A stretch of DNA of 64,000 bases from Candidatus Latescibacterota bacterium (GCA_965219995.1 CBDCOX010000002.1:3200001-3264000), one strand, 5' to 3'; positions 37,450-47,429 are shown, counted from the stretch's first letter. The notes: generated by a model from the letters alone, not told the origin. Numbers and translations: made by a program.

Positions 37450-37987
37450 GCCAAGTCCCTCCATTCTGGCGATAATCTGCGAATTGGAAACGAAAAGAGT
37501 TCGGGCGTTTCGGAGACCTTTCAGAAACGAACATCAATGACCCGGTCACGCGGGCTTTTGCGCCAACCGGCAATTCAACCGTGGATTCGTACCCCGCGTT
37601 GATCGGGATGCTGGTCCAGGAGCCCAGTGAGATCCCTTCCTGCGTCGCCCTCACGCTATAATAACCGCTTACGCCGCTTCCTGCAATCTCCACGCGCGCG
37701 CGCCCGCGCGCGCCGGTCTTACCCGACCACGCATAGTCTGCCGCCCGCCCGGAGACGGATCGAGCGAAATGGACGGTGACGCCGCTCAGCGGCGCCTGAC
37801 CCTGCCGGACGCGAACGATGACCGAGGCCGGGGTCGTGTTGGCGTCTAAAGCGAGTTTTCCCGGCGCGCGGCGAACCCCGACCCCGCCTTCCGGAACCTG
37901 CGAGGTTGTCAAGCGTTCGCGGCCGCAGCCCAACACCAGGAATCCGGCCAACGCCAAAACGGACACACGGCGCAAGCTCTTGAGCAT
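37442..37987 (-). CDS. Lipoprotein made of the shared N-terminal module only (no cargo domain; possibly truncated)
   Basis: VLGCGRERLTTSQVPE..GKLA..RSVSGRAA..WSG.T..GYY..WTSIPINAGYE..VTGS then an unrelated 31-aa tail; AAGGAG RBS. Confidence 0.75.
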   Translation of the reverse strand: MLKSLRRVSVLALAGFLVLGCGRERLTTSQVPEGGVGVRRAPGKLALDANTTPASVIVRVRQGQAPLSGVTVHFARSVSGRAADYAWSGKTGARGRARVEIAGSGVSGYYSVRATQEGISLGSWTSIPINAGYESTVELPVGAKARVTGSLMFVSERSPKRPNSFRFQFADYRQNGGTWHV

Positions 37988-38050
37988 TTCAGCGCTCCTT
38001 ATCGCAGAACCTGAGAGTCCCGACTCCGGTTGTACCGTTGGGCACAGACC

Positions 38051-38088
38051 CCAAAATGACAGGCAGCGTACACTGCCTGTCATTTTGG
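38051..38088. other. Perfect 16-bp stem hairpin in the intergenic region
   Basis: CCAAAATGACAGGCAG-CGTACA-CTGCCTGTCATTTTGG. Confidence 0.75.
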
Positions 38089-38328
38089 CGAAACATTCAC
38101 CAGGTTAACCTTGATTCGTCATTTTCCGGTGACGTTACATCGTATATACGCAAGTCAACAACGGCGATTCGACGTCGGATTTTCTGGAACCTTCAGGTCA
38201 CTGGAGGTGAACGGAAAAAACGTCCGTTTCGACGACCTCTTCGGCCCAATTCGGAAGATCTTGCCGCGGTGCAGCGTTGCTTTTTTTTCTCGAATTCCGG
38301 AATCTACTCCCGAGCGCCGCGGAGCGCA

Positions 38329-39945
38329 TCACGGTCCGAACCGATAGACCACGGGCAACTGCGCCGGGTCTACGATGCTCGTGTCCGTGTGGTGATAGAT
38401 GTTCACGACACCGGTGCCGCAGTCTCCGAACTCGTCACAGGTGAGTTCCCCGATGAGACCGGGGAAGCCGGCTGTGGCCCCGATTTCCGCGCGCAGCGCA
38501 ACGCGGTCAATGTACAATTTCCCGCCATCGGTCACCGCAACGGCGTTGATGGCGCCCAGCAGCAGCGTCGCCGCGTCGTACGCGTGCGCCCAGAAGGGAT
38601 TGGTATGGGTCCCGCCGTAGATTGACTCGATCTCCGCAAGAACCGCACTTCCGCTCTTGCCGGTGGCGATATTGACGTTTTCGCCGTGAACCGGCTCCGG
38701 CCCGGCAAAATAGACGCCCTCGGACTGCGGCGTGCCGAGGAACTCCGAAAGGAGGAGGGCCGCGTCCGTGAGGAGCGTCGCGTCTTTCAGACCGTCGACC
38801 TCCCGAACCTGCACGGCGAATGGCGAGCCCTCTGCGATGAAGAGAGGAAAGAAGATGCCGTCGGGTTCGGCATCCGAAAATTCCGCAAGGACGGACGTCA
38901 TGTCCGTCTGTTCTTTCTCGATCCGGGCATTGACCGGGACCTCGCCGCCCAATTCACGGAACGCATTGCCGAACGCAGTGGTGAGACCCATGGTATACGG
39001 GTCGCCGTCGTCGATGGATACCATCCGCCGAAGGCCCAGTTCGTTGTATGCGAAGTCGGCGACGGCCTGCCCCTGGTACAGGTCGTTGTTGGCCGTGCGA
39101 AAATAGCCCGGGTGATAGTCCGGACTGGCGTTGCCGAAGAGGTCGGACGTGAGCGTCGGCGACGTGTTGGCCGGCGAGACCATCACCAGGCCCGCCGCAC
39201 TCAGCAGAGGTGAAGCCGCCACCGCGGATCCGGAACACAACGTGCCGATGATGCCGAGCGCCTGTGGATTGGCGATGACCTGCTGTGCGCTGGCGCGGCC
39301 GCCTTCGGCCGAACACATGCCGTCTATGGGATCGCCAAGCTCAACCTCGCGACCGTGGATCGGGCCGAAATCCCGAATGGCCAACTCGGCGCTGTATCGC
39401 GCCCAATCCGAAACCGAAGGCACGATGACGTGCGCAAGCACGGTACGGATTTGCACAGCCTCGCCCTCGCCATACGGTACCACGTCCCGAACGCTTGAAC
39501 CCGTCACGAGCGCCCCGCCGTCAACGGACAGTTCGACCTGCGTTTCATATCCTTCGTTAACCGGAATGCTCGACCACGAACCCAGAACGTTGTCGTCCTG
39601 CGTCGCCCGCGCCTGGTAGTATCCCCCCACCCGGGCGCCGCCGATAACAACCCTTGCCCGGCCGCGGGCATCGGTTGTGCCCGACCACTCAAAGTTCGCG
39701 GAACGGCCCGATACCGAACGCGAGAACGCCACGGTGACGCCTTCGACGGCCGTCTCGCCATCTTGCACGCGGGCCAGAACCGCGGCCTGCTCGACGTCTC
39801 CGCCGGGAGCCAGCTTTCCGAGCGCCTGCCCCGGCTGATCCTCTGCCTCAGGCATCTGTGACGTCGTCACGCGCTCACCACCGCAGCCCCACGCCAGAAC
39901 TGCGACAAGCGCCGGCAAAAACAAACTGCCGTTTCGTGAGAACAT
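38329..39945 (-). CDS. Lipoprotein: shared N-terminal module plus binding domain (type B)
   Basis: Paralog of 35839-37449 (DGMCS, GTLCSG, DYHPGYFR, QLPVVYRF); GGAGG RBS. Confidence 0.9.
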   Translation of the reverse strand: MFSRNGSLFLPALVAVLAWGCGGERVTTSQMPEAEDQPGQALGKLAPGGDVEQAAVLARVQDGETAVEGVTVAFSRSVSGRSANFEWSGTTDARGRARVVIGGARVGGYYQARATQDDNVLGSWSSIPVNEGYETQVELSVDGGALVTGSSVRDVVPYGEGEAVQIRTVLAHVIVPSVSDWARYSAELAIRDFGPIHGREVELGDPIDGMCSAEGGRASAQQVIANPQALGIIGTLCSGSAVAASPLLSAAGLVMVSPANTSPTLTSDLFGNASPDYHPGYFRTANNDLYQGQAVADFAYNELGLRRMVSIDDGDPYTMGLTTAFGNAFRELGGEVPVNARIEKEQTDMTSVLAEFSDAEPDGIFFPLFIAEGSPFAVQVREVDGLKDATLLTDAALLLSEFLGTPQSEGVYFAGPEPVHGENVNIATGKSGSAVLAEIESIYGGTHTNPFWAHAYDAATLLLGAINAVAVTDGGKLYIDRVALRAEIGATAGFPGLIGELTCDEFGDCGTGVVNIYHHTDTSIVDPAQLPVVYRFGP

Positions 39946-40045
39946 AACGAGTCACCTCCAATTTTTCAGACGTCGAAAAACGGAATCCATACCCGAAAGC
40001 GGCGACTATGGACGCCGGAACCTGCCGGCGATTTTAACGTAAAAC

Positions 40046-40077
40046 AGCCTCCGGACACATTGGCATCCGGAGGCTGG
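40046..40077 (-). terminator. Probable intrinsic terminator after the first lipoprotein gene
   Basis: CAGCCTCCGGA...TCCGGAGGCTG followed by TTTT on the minus strand. Confidence 0.65.
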
Positions 40078-40091
40078 AGACGTGTACTTGA

Positions 40092-41609
40092 TTACTCGAA
40101 CGGCTCGAATGCGCCGTCCCGGACGATCAGCACGATGGGATCGTAGACCGCGTCGCCGTCGTCGTTGAACGAGAAGGTGCCCAGAATCGTGTCGACGTCC
40201 CGGGTAGCAGCCATTGCATCCTTTATTGCGCTCGCGTTCGTCGATCCGGCGTTTGCGATCGCATCCGCGAGTATGTTCAGCGAGGCGTACGAAAGCGCGG
40301 CCCACGGACCCGGTTCACTGTCGTGTTCCGCCATATAACTATCAATGAAGGTCTGATTCCCAGGCGTGGAAGCATTGGTTGCCCAACTCGTAATGCTGAT
40401 CACGCGTTCCGCGGCCTCTCCGGCGGCGGCGACTTCAGTCAACGTCATTTCCGGGATAATGATGGGAATATTCGAGGGTATGCCAACTTCACGGGCCTGG
40501 ACCATAATTTGAATCATTTCCGCTGCCAGACACGAAACGAAGAGTGCGTGCGGATTCAGATCTTTGATATTGTTCAACTGGTCCGCGAACGATGTATCTC
40601 CCGTCGCAAAGGTCTCCCGGCCCAGAATCTCAACCTCGCCTTCCACAAGGGAATTGCTTACGGCCTCGTCCAGGCTCCGGGAATAGACGTCGGCGTCGTC
40701 AACCATTGTGGCTACCCTGCTGAACCTCAGTTTCTCCTGCAATTCCTTGACGGCGCCGGGAACCAGCGTACCCACGTTGAGGCCGGAGCGGAAAATATAA
40801 TCGCCGATCGCGCTCAGGCCAACAGCGGTTGAGGTCGAACTGAATGCCAGGACTTCGTTCCGTTGGGCGATCGGGAACACTTCCTTTCCGACGGTGGAAA
40901 TGCCGGGGCCCAGGATGACGTTCACGCCGTCTTCGTTGATGAGTTTGTTGAACGCCGCGGTGGCAGCGTCGACCGTACCTTCCGTATCCTCGACGATAAA
41001 TTCGATACTTGCGCCGCCGAGCCTCGCAGAGTTGTTGATTTCTCCTTGAGCCAACTCAAAGCCTTCCAGCGCCGGCACGCCGTACACGTCCTGAGGACCC
41101 GTAAGCGGCACGGCGACACCAATGGCGATCTTTGCGGGCAGACCGCCTGGCGTCAGCGCGATCGAACCGGTCGCGCTCGCCTTGTCGCCGATTGGCAGTT
41201 CAACTGTCGACTGATACCCGCTGTTGATCGGTATGCTCAACCACGAACCGATCTCGCTTCCGCCACTCATGGCCCGCGCCGCATAGTAGCCCGTTACACC
41301 GGCGCCGCCGATATCCACGTACGCCTTGCCCCGCACGTTGGTCGTTCCGGACCATTTGAAATCGGCCGCCCGACCGGAAACCGAACGCGAGAACTCGACG
41401 GTAGCGCCGCTGACCGGCATGCCGCCGTCCTGCACGTTCGCTACGACCACGGCCCGCATCATTCCGTTCAGGGCCAGCTTGCCCAGGGGTTGGCCGGCGC
41501 CGTCCCCTGCCTCCGGTATCTGCGACGTTGTAAGGCGCTCGCCGCCACAACCCCATATCAGACCTGCGGAAAGCGCAAACAGCAACACACTGCGAACACT
41601 CCGAAACAT
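40092..41609 (-). CDS. Lipoprotein: shared N-terminal module plus binding domain (type A)
   Basis: Paralog of 34194-35723 (PGGLPA.IAIG, FPIAQRNEV, GDAVYDP); lipobox IWGC. Confidence 0.9.
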   Translation of the reverse strand: MFRSVRSVLLFALSAGLIWGCGGERLTTSQIPEAGDGAGQPLGKLALNGMMRAVVVANVQDGGMPVSGATVEFSRSVSGRAADFKWSGTTNVRGKAYVDIGGAGVTGYYAARAMSGGSEIGSWLSIPINSGYQSTVELPIGDKASATGSIALTPGGLPAKIAIGVAVPLTGPQDVYGVPALEGFELAQGEINNSARLGGASIEFIVEDTEGTVDAATAAFNKLINEDGVNVILGPGISTVGKEVFPIAQRNEVLAFSSTSTAVGLSAIGDYIFRSGLNVGTLVPGAVKELQEKLRFSRVATMVDDADVYSRSLDEAVSNSLVEGEVEILGRETFATGDTSFADQLNNIKDLNPHALFVSCLAAEMIQIMVQAREVGIPSNIPIIIPEMTLTEVAAAGEAAERVISITSWATNASTPGNQTFIDSYMAEHDSEPGPWAALSYASLNILADAIANAGSTNASAIKDAMAATRDVDTILGTFSFNDDGDAVYDPIVLIVRDGAFEPFE

Positions 41610-41952
41610 AGCGAACCCTCCCGATGTTGTGGGCTACCGGCGAAACAGAGCCAGGAAGCGGCAAACGGCAAGCGCAAGAAACCTACCCGTCCGAATCGGC
41701 CCCCGACTCGTCGACACATTACGTATATAAACAGAATGCCACAACCTGAATATCGAACAACCTGCCGACAGCGTTCGACTGCGCCGCGCTATTTGGCAGT
41801 AATATTGAATATAAGCGCATTTCGCGTGTACACAAGGGCATATTGAAATTTCTTTTTCAATATTGCGGCGGTTTTCCGAATGCGGAAGCCGTCGCGGCGG
41901 CGATTTGACGTCCTCCAGGTCCGGCCTGGACGGTTGCACGGCAGGACCTGTA

Positions 41953-43575
41953 TCAGATGCCGAGGATCCCTCGCGCTGCCTGGCGCGCGTCTTCCAGCGT
42001 TTCGACAACGCGGTGCCTGGGTAGATGTCTCAGGATGCCGAGCGCGTTCAGGGTTCGCGGAACCAGGCCGGACAGACCCATTACAATGCATTCGGTCTGC
42101 TCGCCTTTGGCGATATCCATGAGTTGCCCGATGACCATGGCTGCGCTGTCGTCGAGATAGTTGGCCCCTGAAAAGTCGAAGATGACCACATCGTGGTCTT
42201 TGATGTCCGCGCCAATGACGCCGGCCAGCTTGTGGGAGGATGCGACGGTGAGACTTCCTCTGAGCGCGACCAGACCGACCCGCGCAGAGTACGGACTCAG
42301 CGCGTCGGCGTCCATGTCTTCCTCCTCGGCGAAGAACGCCCGGTCCAGCAGCGGCACGGAGACCACGCTGTCCAGCTCCAGTCGTTCCAGTTGCCGGGCG
42401 TGCACCATTCCGGCGGCGATCAGACCGATTGCCACGGCCGTTACCAGATCGACAAATACCGTGAGTCCAAGCGTAATCATCATGACGATGAGATGCTCCC
42501 GCCGCAGCCGGTGAACGCGGGTAAGAAGACGCCAGTCGACGACATCCCATCCGACCTTTATCAGAATGCCGGCGAGAACCGCATGGGGAATCGGCTCCAC
42601 GTACCGCCCGAGACCCAGCATCAGAAACAGCAGGAGTAACGCGTACAACGCACCGGAGACCGGCGTCACCCCGCCGGCGCGTATATTGGTTACTGTCCCG
42701 GTGGTGGAACCCGCGCCGGGCAGCCCGCCAAACAATCCCGATACCATGTTGCCGATCCCCTGCCCAACGAGTTCCCGGCTCGCGTGGTGCCTCGTGCCGG
42801 TCAGTGAATCGGCAACCAGTGAGGTGAGGAGGCTGTCCACCGAACCGAGAAGCGCGAGGATGAGCGCAGGTTCCAACGCCATCATCAAGAAGGAGACCGT
42901 GGGCAGCGTCAGTTGCAGATCGGGCAATCCCGTGGGTATCCGGCCGATAACCGGTACGTCTTTCAGCCAGAAGACGCCGAGCAGCGTCCCGGCAAGCAGC
43001 GCCAGGAGCGGGCCGGGCAGATATCTTGCGAAGCGTCGCGGCCAAAGCACTCCGACGGCGAGCGCGACCGTGGCGATGGCCAGCGCGTTATAATTGACAT
43101 TGTCCACCGCATCCAACACAGCGCGAATCGTGCCCACGACGCCGCCCGGCGCCGCGGGGGATCCCAGAAACGGCAGGATGTGAATCACCATGATGATGAT
43201 TCCGATCCCCGACATGAACCCGGAGATGACCACGTGCGGCGTATAGGCGACGAATCGGCCGATCCTCGACAAGCCGAGTAGCACCTGCAGCAGACCGGCC
43301 ATGACGACCACTGTCAGGGCTTCTGAAAGGTTGGACGTGTAGCCCGAAACTATGACCACCAGGGCAACCGTCATCGGCGCAGTGGGGCCCGAAATCTGGG
43401 TCCGGGTACCGCCGAATACCGCCGCGAAAAAACCCACCGCGATCGCGCCGTACATCCCCGCCGCCGCGCCCATTCCCGACGCGACGCCCAGGGCCAACGC
43501 CACGGGCAGCGCCACCACGGTTGCCGTGATGCCGCCGAAAATGTCGCCCCGCAGCGCACTCAAGTCATATTTCAT
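41953..43575 (-). CDS. sulP: SulP/SLC26 anion transporter with STAS domain (BicA-like)
   Basis: GDIFGGITA.VVALP.ALA.G, GG...QISGPT, ELVGQGIGN, STAS VIFDFSG..YLD. Confidence 0.95.
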   Translation of the reverse strand: MKYDLSALRGDIFGGITATVVALPVALALGVASGMGAAAGMYGAIAVGFFAAVFGGTRTQISGPTAPMTVALVVIVSGYTSNLSEALTVVVMAGLLQVLLGLSRIGRFVAYTPHVVISGFMSGIGIIIMVIHILPFLGSPAAPGGVVGTIRAVLDAVDNVNYNALAIATVALAVGVLWPRRFARYLPGPLLALLAGTLLGVFWLKDVPVIGRIPTGLPDLQLTLPTVSFLMMALEPALILALLGSVDSLLTSLVADSLTGTRHHASRELVGQGIGNMVSGLFGGLPGAGSTTGTVTNIRAGGVTPVSGALYALLLLFLMLGLGRYVEPIPHAVLAGILIKVGWDVVDWRLLTRVHRLRREHLIVMMITLGLTVFVDLVTAVAIGLIAAGMVHARQLERLELDSVVSVPLLDRAFFAEEEDMDADALSPYSARVGLVALRGSLTVASSHKLAGVIGADIKDHDVVIFDFSGANYLDDSAAMVIGQLMDIAKGEQTECIVMGLSGLVPRTLNALGILRHLPRHRVVETLEDARQAARGILGI

Positions 43576-43609
43576 TGCAACGTTTCCTTCGTGTCCTTTC
43601 GGATCGCAT

Positions 43610-44095
43610 AAAAGCGGTGAGACGGTAGAGAAAAGCGGTGAGACGTAAGAGGGTAGACGGTAGATGATAACGTTACCACAGTGTTTTCAAGCTAACCGTG
43701 CCTGTTTTTTTACCGAAATGGTAACGACAAGAAAGACCATAGGGCACTGATGTCATCTCCCGTCTCACGTCTACCCTCTCACCGCTTTTGACGGGCCGGG
43801 GGGAGAGGTCTGCGTAAATTCGGTGAGACGTAAGAGGGTAGACGGTAGAGGAAGACATTTACAGCAGTGTTTCCCTACAAACCGTGCCTGATTATTTACC
43901 GCTATCGTAACGACAAGAAAAACCATACGGCATTGATTTCACGTCACGTCTACCCCGGAGTTGAAGGGTTGTGGGGAGAGGTCCGCCCGTATCGCTGATA
44001 GATTTCGCCAGTCCATATCGATATCCTGCAGGCACGGTGTCATCATCTCACCTCTCACGTCTTACGTCTCCCCCGGAGGGGAGGTGCGGGGTGGC
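43610..44095. repeat. Array of heptamer-arm elements with reversed cores II, II and III
   Basis: Reverse complements of the 9631-9810, 17027-17185 and 16860-16990 types. Confidence 0.88.
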
Positions 44096-44107
44096 GATGT
44101 CCCAGGC

Positions 44108-44135
44108 TTGACAATGCCCCAACATACCGTATCAT
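44108..44135 (+). promoter_or_regulatory. Putative sigma70 promoter
   Basis: TTGACA-16-TATCAT upstream of 44177. Confidence 0.55.
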
Positions 44136-44176
44136 TATTGTTGGACATGATCTTTCAAACCTGAAAGGAAGGACCG

Positions 44177-44833
44177 ATGCTGAGATTCCCCGAAGAACTC
44201 ATGCTCCTGATACTCGACGACGAGAACGGGAGGTTCGCCCGTGTTCCGGACCAGTCCCTGCGTTATGCGCTCGCCGGCGGGGTGCTGATGGACCTGGCGA
44301 TGGAGAACCGCATTGACACCGATCCGAAGCAGCTTGTTCTTGTGGATTCGACTCCCGTAAACGACAGCCTCCTCGATCCGACGCTCGCCGACATCTCGCA
44401 GGCTGAAGAAACACACGACGCGCGCTATTGGGTGGAACGCACCGCCATCAGCAGCGCCGCGGGCATTCGAGAGACGTCTCTGGACCGGCTGGTTGAAAAA
44501 GGAATCCTGGAACGCCGTGACGACCGGTTTCTGTGGGTCTTCCGGTCACGGCGGTATCCCGTCGTGGACGACCAGGCCGAGCGGGAAGTCAAGCTCAGAA
44601 TTATGGAGATCCTGTTCAGCGACCAGATTCCCGACCCTCGCGACGTGGTGATCATCAGCCTTGCGCACGCCTGCAACCTCTTCAGCCAGATATTGTCCGC
44701 CAGGGAACTGGCGCGCGTGGCCCCCCGGATCAACCAGGTGCGGAAGCTCGATCTGATCGGCCAGGCGACGTTCCGGGCGATCACGGAAATTGAACTGTCG
44801 CTCGCTATGGCCGTACAGATGCGTCCGTATTAG
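44177..44833 (+). CDS. GOLPH3/Vps74 (GPP34) family protein
   Basis: EELMLLILDD..G, LAGGVLMDLA...RI, LV.KGIL.R...FLWVF..RRYP. Confidence 0.85.
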   Translation: MLRFPEELMLLILDDENGRFARVPDQSLRYALAGGVLMDLAMENRIDTDPKQLVLVDSTPVNDSLLDPTLADISQAEETHDARYWVERTAISSAAGIRETSLDRLVEKGILERRDDRFLWVFRSRRYPVVDDQAEREVKLRIMEILFSDQIPDPRDVVIISLAHACNLFSQILSARELARVAPRINQVRKLDLIGQATFRAITEIELSLAMAVQMRPY

Positions 44834-44872
44834 CGTCCGGTCGGCCCGGTTTCGCAGCCCCGTTCGCCTCCA

Positions 44873-46615
44873 TTACGACGCGTCCTCCACCCGAACGGTA
44901 ACGATGTCCAGATCGTGATACTTCTGGTGGCGCACCGTCGAAGCGTAATGGCGTAACAGCCTGAACGATATTTCATGCTCGTCCAGGATCTCCGGCTGTT
45001 CACTCAGATACGCCAGCCTGTCTTCCAGGTTTTCTCCCGCCGCAGCCGCCAGAAACTCCAGTTCCGCAGTCTCGTCCACTTGCCGGGCGGTGATGACGAG
45101 CAGCCGCCCACCCTCACGCGCACTCTCACCGGCCTGTTCTATCAGAATCGACAGGGTCTCCTCGCCCGCGGCGCACAGCCGGCCGGTTGCCGGCTCCGTC
45201 CAGCCGATACCTGCCCCAAACCCGCGGATGAACTCGTCGATCCCGGGAAGTGATCCGGCGGACAATTCAACCTGGAGGCGCTTCCGGCGGCGGGCCGTCA
45301 ACTCCATGAAAGCGGTCAGCAGGATTGCCGCGAGACCGCCCGCGGTCATCCCGTTTCCAAGCAACGTCCCCCACGTCCCGCCAATCAGATCAGGAAAGAT
45401 CACCTGATTCTGAAAACCCACACCCAGCCAGAACGCCAGTCCGACCACCGTGGCTTTCCGGTGATCGATGCCGTCCTCGACAATCAGCTTCATGCCCTGT
45501 ACGAATAACAGGCCGATCAGCAACGTGACATAGGCAGCTGCGACGGGATTGGGAATGGCGATCACGAGGGCGGTTACTTTGGGGGACAGGGCCAGCAGGA
45601 CGAATATGATCCCAAGATATATCCCGACGCGGCGCGCCGCGACTCCGGTCAGTTCGGCAAGCGATATGCTGGTCGAATAGGTGGTATTGGGAGGTGTGCC
45701 GATGAGGCCGGAGAGCAGATTGCCCATGCCGTCGGCGTTGAGGGCGCCCTGCACCAGGCGGAAGTCGGTTGCACGGGGCCGGCGTCGGGAGACCCGTTGA
45801 ATGGCGACGCCGTCGCCAACGGTCTCGATCGCCCCAACGACCGTGACCACCACAAATGCCGGAAGCAGCGCCCAGAACTCCGCGCTCAGCGAGAGGTCCA
45901 GCCCCGGCCAGGCGTAATTCGGAAAACCGATCCAGGGCGCGTCGACGACAGGACGTACATCGTACAGGCCCAACAGGGCGGCGACCGCGCATCCGACCGC
46001 GATTCCGATCAGCGGCGCCCACAGCCTCAAGGACGCGGGGGCCCGCAGCGCCAGCACGACGAGCGTAACAAACGCCGCACCGGCCGCGACCGGCGGCGCT
46101 GCCGCCGGCGTCCCCTCGGGAACGTCCTTCAACAGTCCGAAAACCACAGGCATCACCGTGACGGCGATCAGCATGATCACGGTTCCGGCGACAACCGGCG
46201 TGATAATCCTGCGAAGCAACGAAAGCTTGGCGGCCAGCGCGAACTGAAATAACGAGGATACTACGATGAGGCTCGCCATCAGGGCCGGACCGCCCTTCAC
46301 CAGTGCGGTAATGCACACGGCGATGAAAGCGCCGGACGTGCCCATGATGAGCACGTGTCCCGCCCCGATGCGTCCAACCCGGACCGCCTGCAGGACCGTA
46401 CTCACGCCGCTGACCACGAGCGCCGCGAAGGCGATCCAGTTCAGGTAGCTGTCCGGTTGACCGGCCGCCCGGCCGATGATCACCGCGCTGAGCACCACCG
46501 GCGCCAGAACCACGACAGCGGCCTGAAAGCCGACGGCGGCGGCAACGGAGTGCGGCGGCCGTTCGTCCGGTTCATACCGAATGGTATCGCTTGCTGCGGT
46601 TTTTTCTTCAGGCAT
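44873..46615 (-). CDS. NCS2 xanthine/uracil permease with a C-terminal degenerate HATPase-like domain
   Basis: MGTSGAFI, ITPVVAG.VI, IETVGD, ADGMGN, PNTTYS; soluble ~140-aa tail. Confidence 0.88.
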   Translation of the reverse strand: MPEEKTAASDTIRYEPDERPPHSVAAAVGFQAAVVVLAPVVLSAVIIGRAAGQPDSYLNWIAFAALVVSGVSTVLQAVRVGRIGAGHVLIMGTSGAFIAVCITALVKGGPALMASLIVVSSLFQFALAAKLSLLRRIITPVVAGTVIMLIAVTVMPVVFGLLKDVPEGTPAAAPPVAAGAAFVTLVVLALRAPASLRLWAPLIGIAVGCAVAALLGLYDVRPVVDAPWIGFPNYAWPGLDLSLSAEFWALLPAFVVVTVVGAIETVGDGVAIQRVSRRRPRATDFRLVQGALNADGMGNLLSGLIGTPPNTTYSTSISLAELTGVAARRVGIYLGIIFVLLALSPKVTALVIAIPNPVAAAYVTLLIGLLFVQGMKLIVEDGIDHRKATVVGLAFWLGVGFQNQVIFPDLIGGTWGTLLGNGMTAGGLAAILLTAFMELTARRRKRLQVELSAGSLPGIDEFIRGFGAGIGWTEPATGRLCAAGEETLSILIEQAGESAREGGRLLVITARQVDETAELEFLAAAAGENLEDRLAYLSEQPEILDEHEISFRLLRHYASTVRHQKYHDLDIVTVRVEDAS

Positions 46616-46655
46616 TGATCTCTCCCGATCGAGTCGAATTGGTATACTGTCCCGC

Positions 46656-47429
46656 TTACATTCGCCAGACCACGAGCATCTGCGCGATCATTTCGTCCTG
46701 GTCCGCTCCGAGCTTGTTCCGCCAATACTGGAACTCCACGCCGACCATGAACTGGTTGGTTTCGCCGGCCATCGCCTTGCCCACGTCCCACACCAGCTGC
46801 GGCTGCGCCAGAATCGAGCCGTTGACGTCGTCTCCGAATTCGTTGGAACGACCACCGATGTATTCGGCATGCCCCGTGAACGTGAACGATTGCTCGCCCG
46901 CCTCGATGGGCAGCAGCCAGCTGACGTCGAACATGAAGCTGTTGCCGGTCTTCGGAGCGCCGCCGCCGTCCACGCCGGTGTTGTCGTCAATATAGGCCGT
47001 CAGATCCGTATTCAGGAAGACAAATCCCGGCACGTTCCAGGAAGCCCTCACGCCCGGCAGGTATTTCAATACCTTGGCGTCGCCCCCCGCGTTGACGCCG
47101 GCAACCAGGGCGACGTCCCGAATGGGTCCCAGACGCACGTCCTTTCTCGCCAGCTTGCCGAAGCTCAGTGTCGGATACCATTCGGAATAGAAATCTCTGT
47201 CGTTGAAACCGTCGCTGCCGCTGTCGTCAATATAGTCCAGAAAGAAGAAACTGTCGCCCAGCTTCCATCTCGAGGCGTTCTGCACGGTAAACACCAGCGT
47301 CCAGTGGCTGGACCCCGAGAATGGATTCAATTGAGAGCCGTATTGAAGGTGGAACTCCGTCTGCGCGATCGCCGCGGTCGGAAACGCTTGCAGCACAGCC
47401 CACGCAATACCGGCGTATACCGTTTTCAT
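46656..47429 (-). CDS. Tsx-like nucleoside-specific outer-membrane channel
   Basis: Signal peptide; W..GD.FFFLD, YSEWYP.LS, QPQL.WD, GVEFQYWRNKLG. Confidence 0.82.
   Translation of the reverse strand: MKTVYAGIAWAVLQAFPTAAIAQTEFHLQYGSQLNPFSGSSHWTLVFTVQNASRWKLGDSFFFLDYIDDSGSDGFNDRDFYSEWYPTLSFGKLARKDVRLGPIRDVALVAGVNAGGDAKVLKYLPGVRASWNVPGFVFLNTDLTAYIDDNTGVDGGGAPKTGNSFMFDVSWLLPIEAGEQSFTFTGHAEYIGGRSNEFGDDVNGSILAQPQLVWDVGKAMAGETNQFMVGVEFQYWRNKLGADQDEMIAQMLVVWRM

Noticed and set aside
34194-41609. Diversity-generating retroelement or invertase shufflon acting on the lipoprotein array
   Set aside because: No reverse transcriptase, template/variable repeat pair, recombinase or identical crossover sites; the paralogs are diverged throughout
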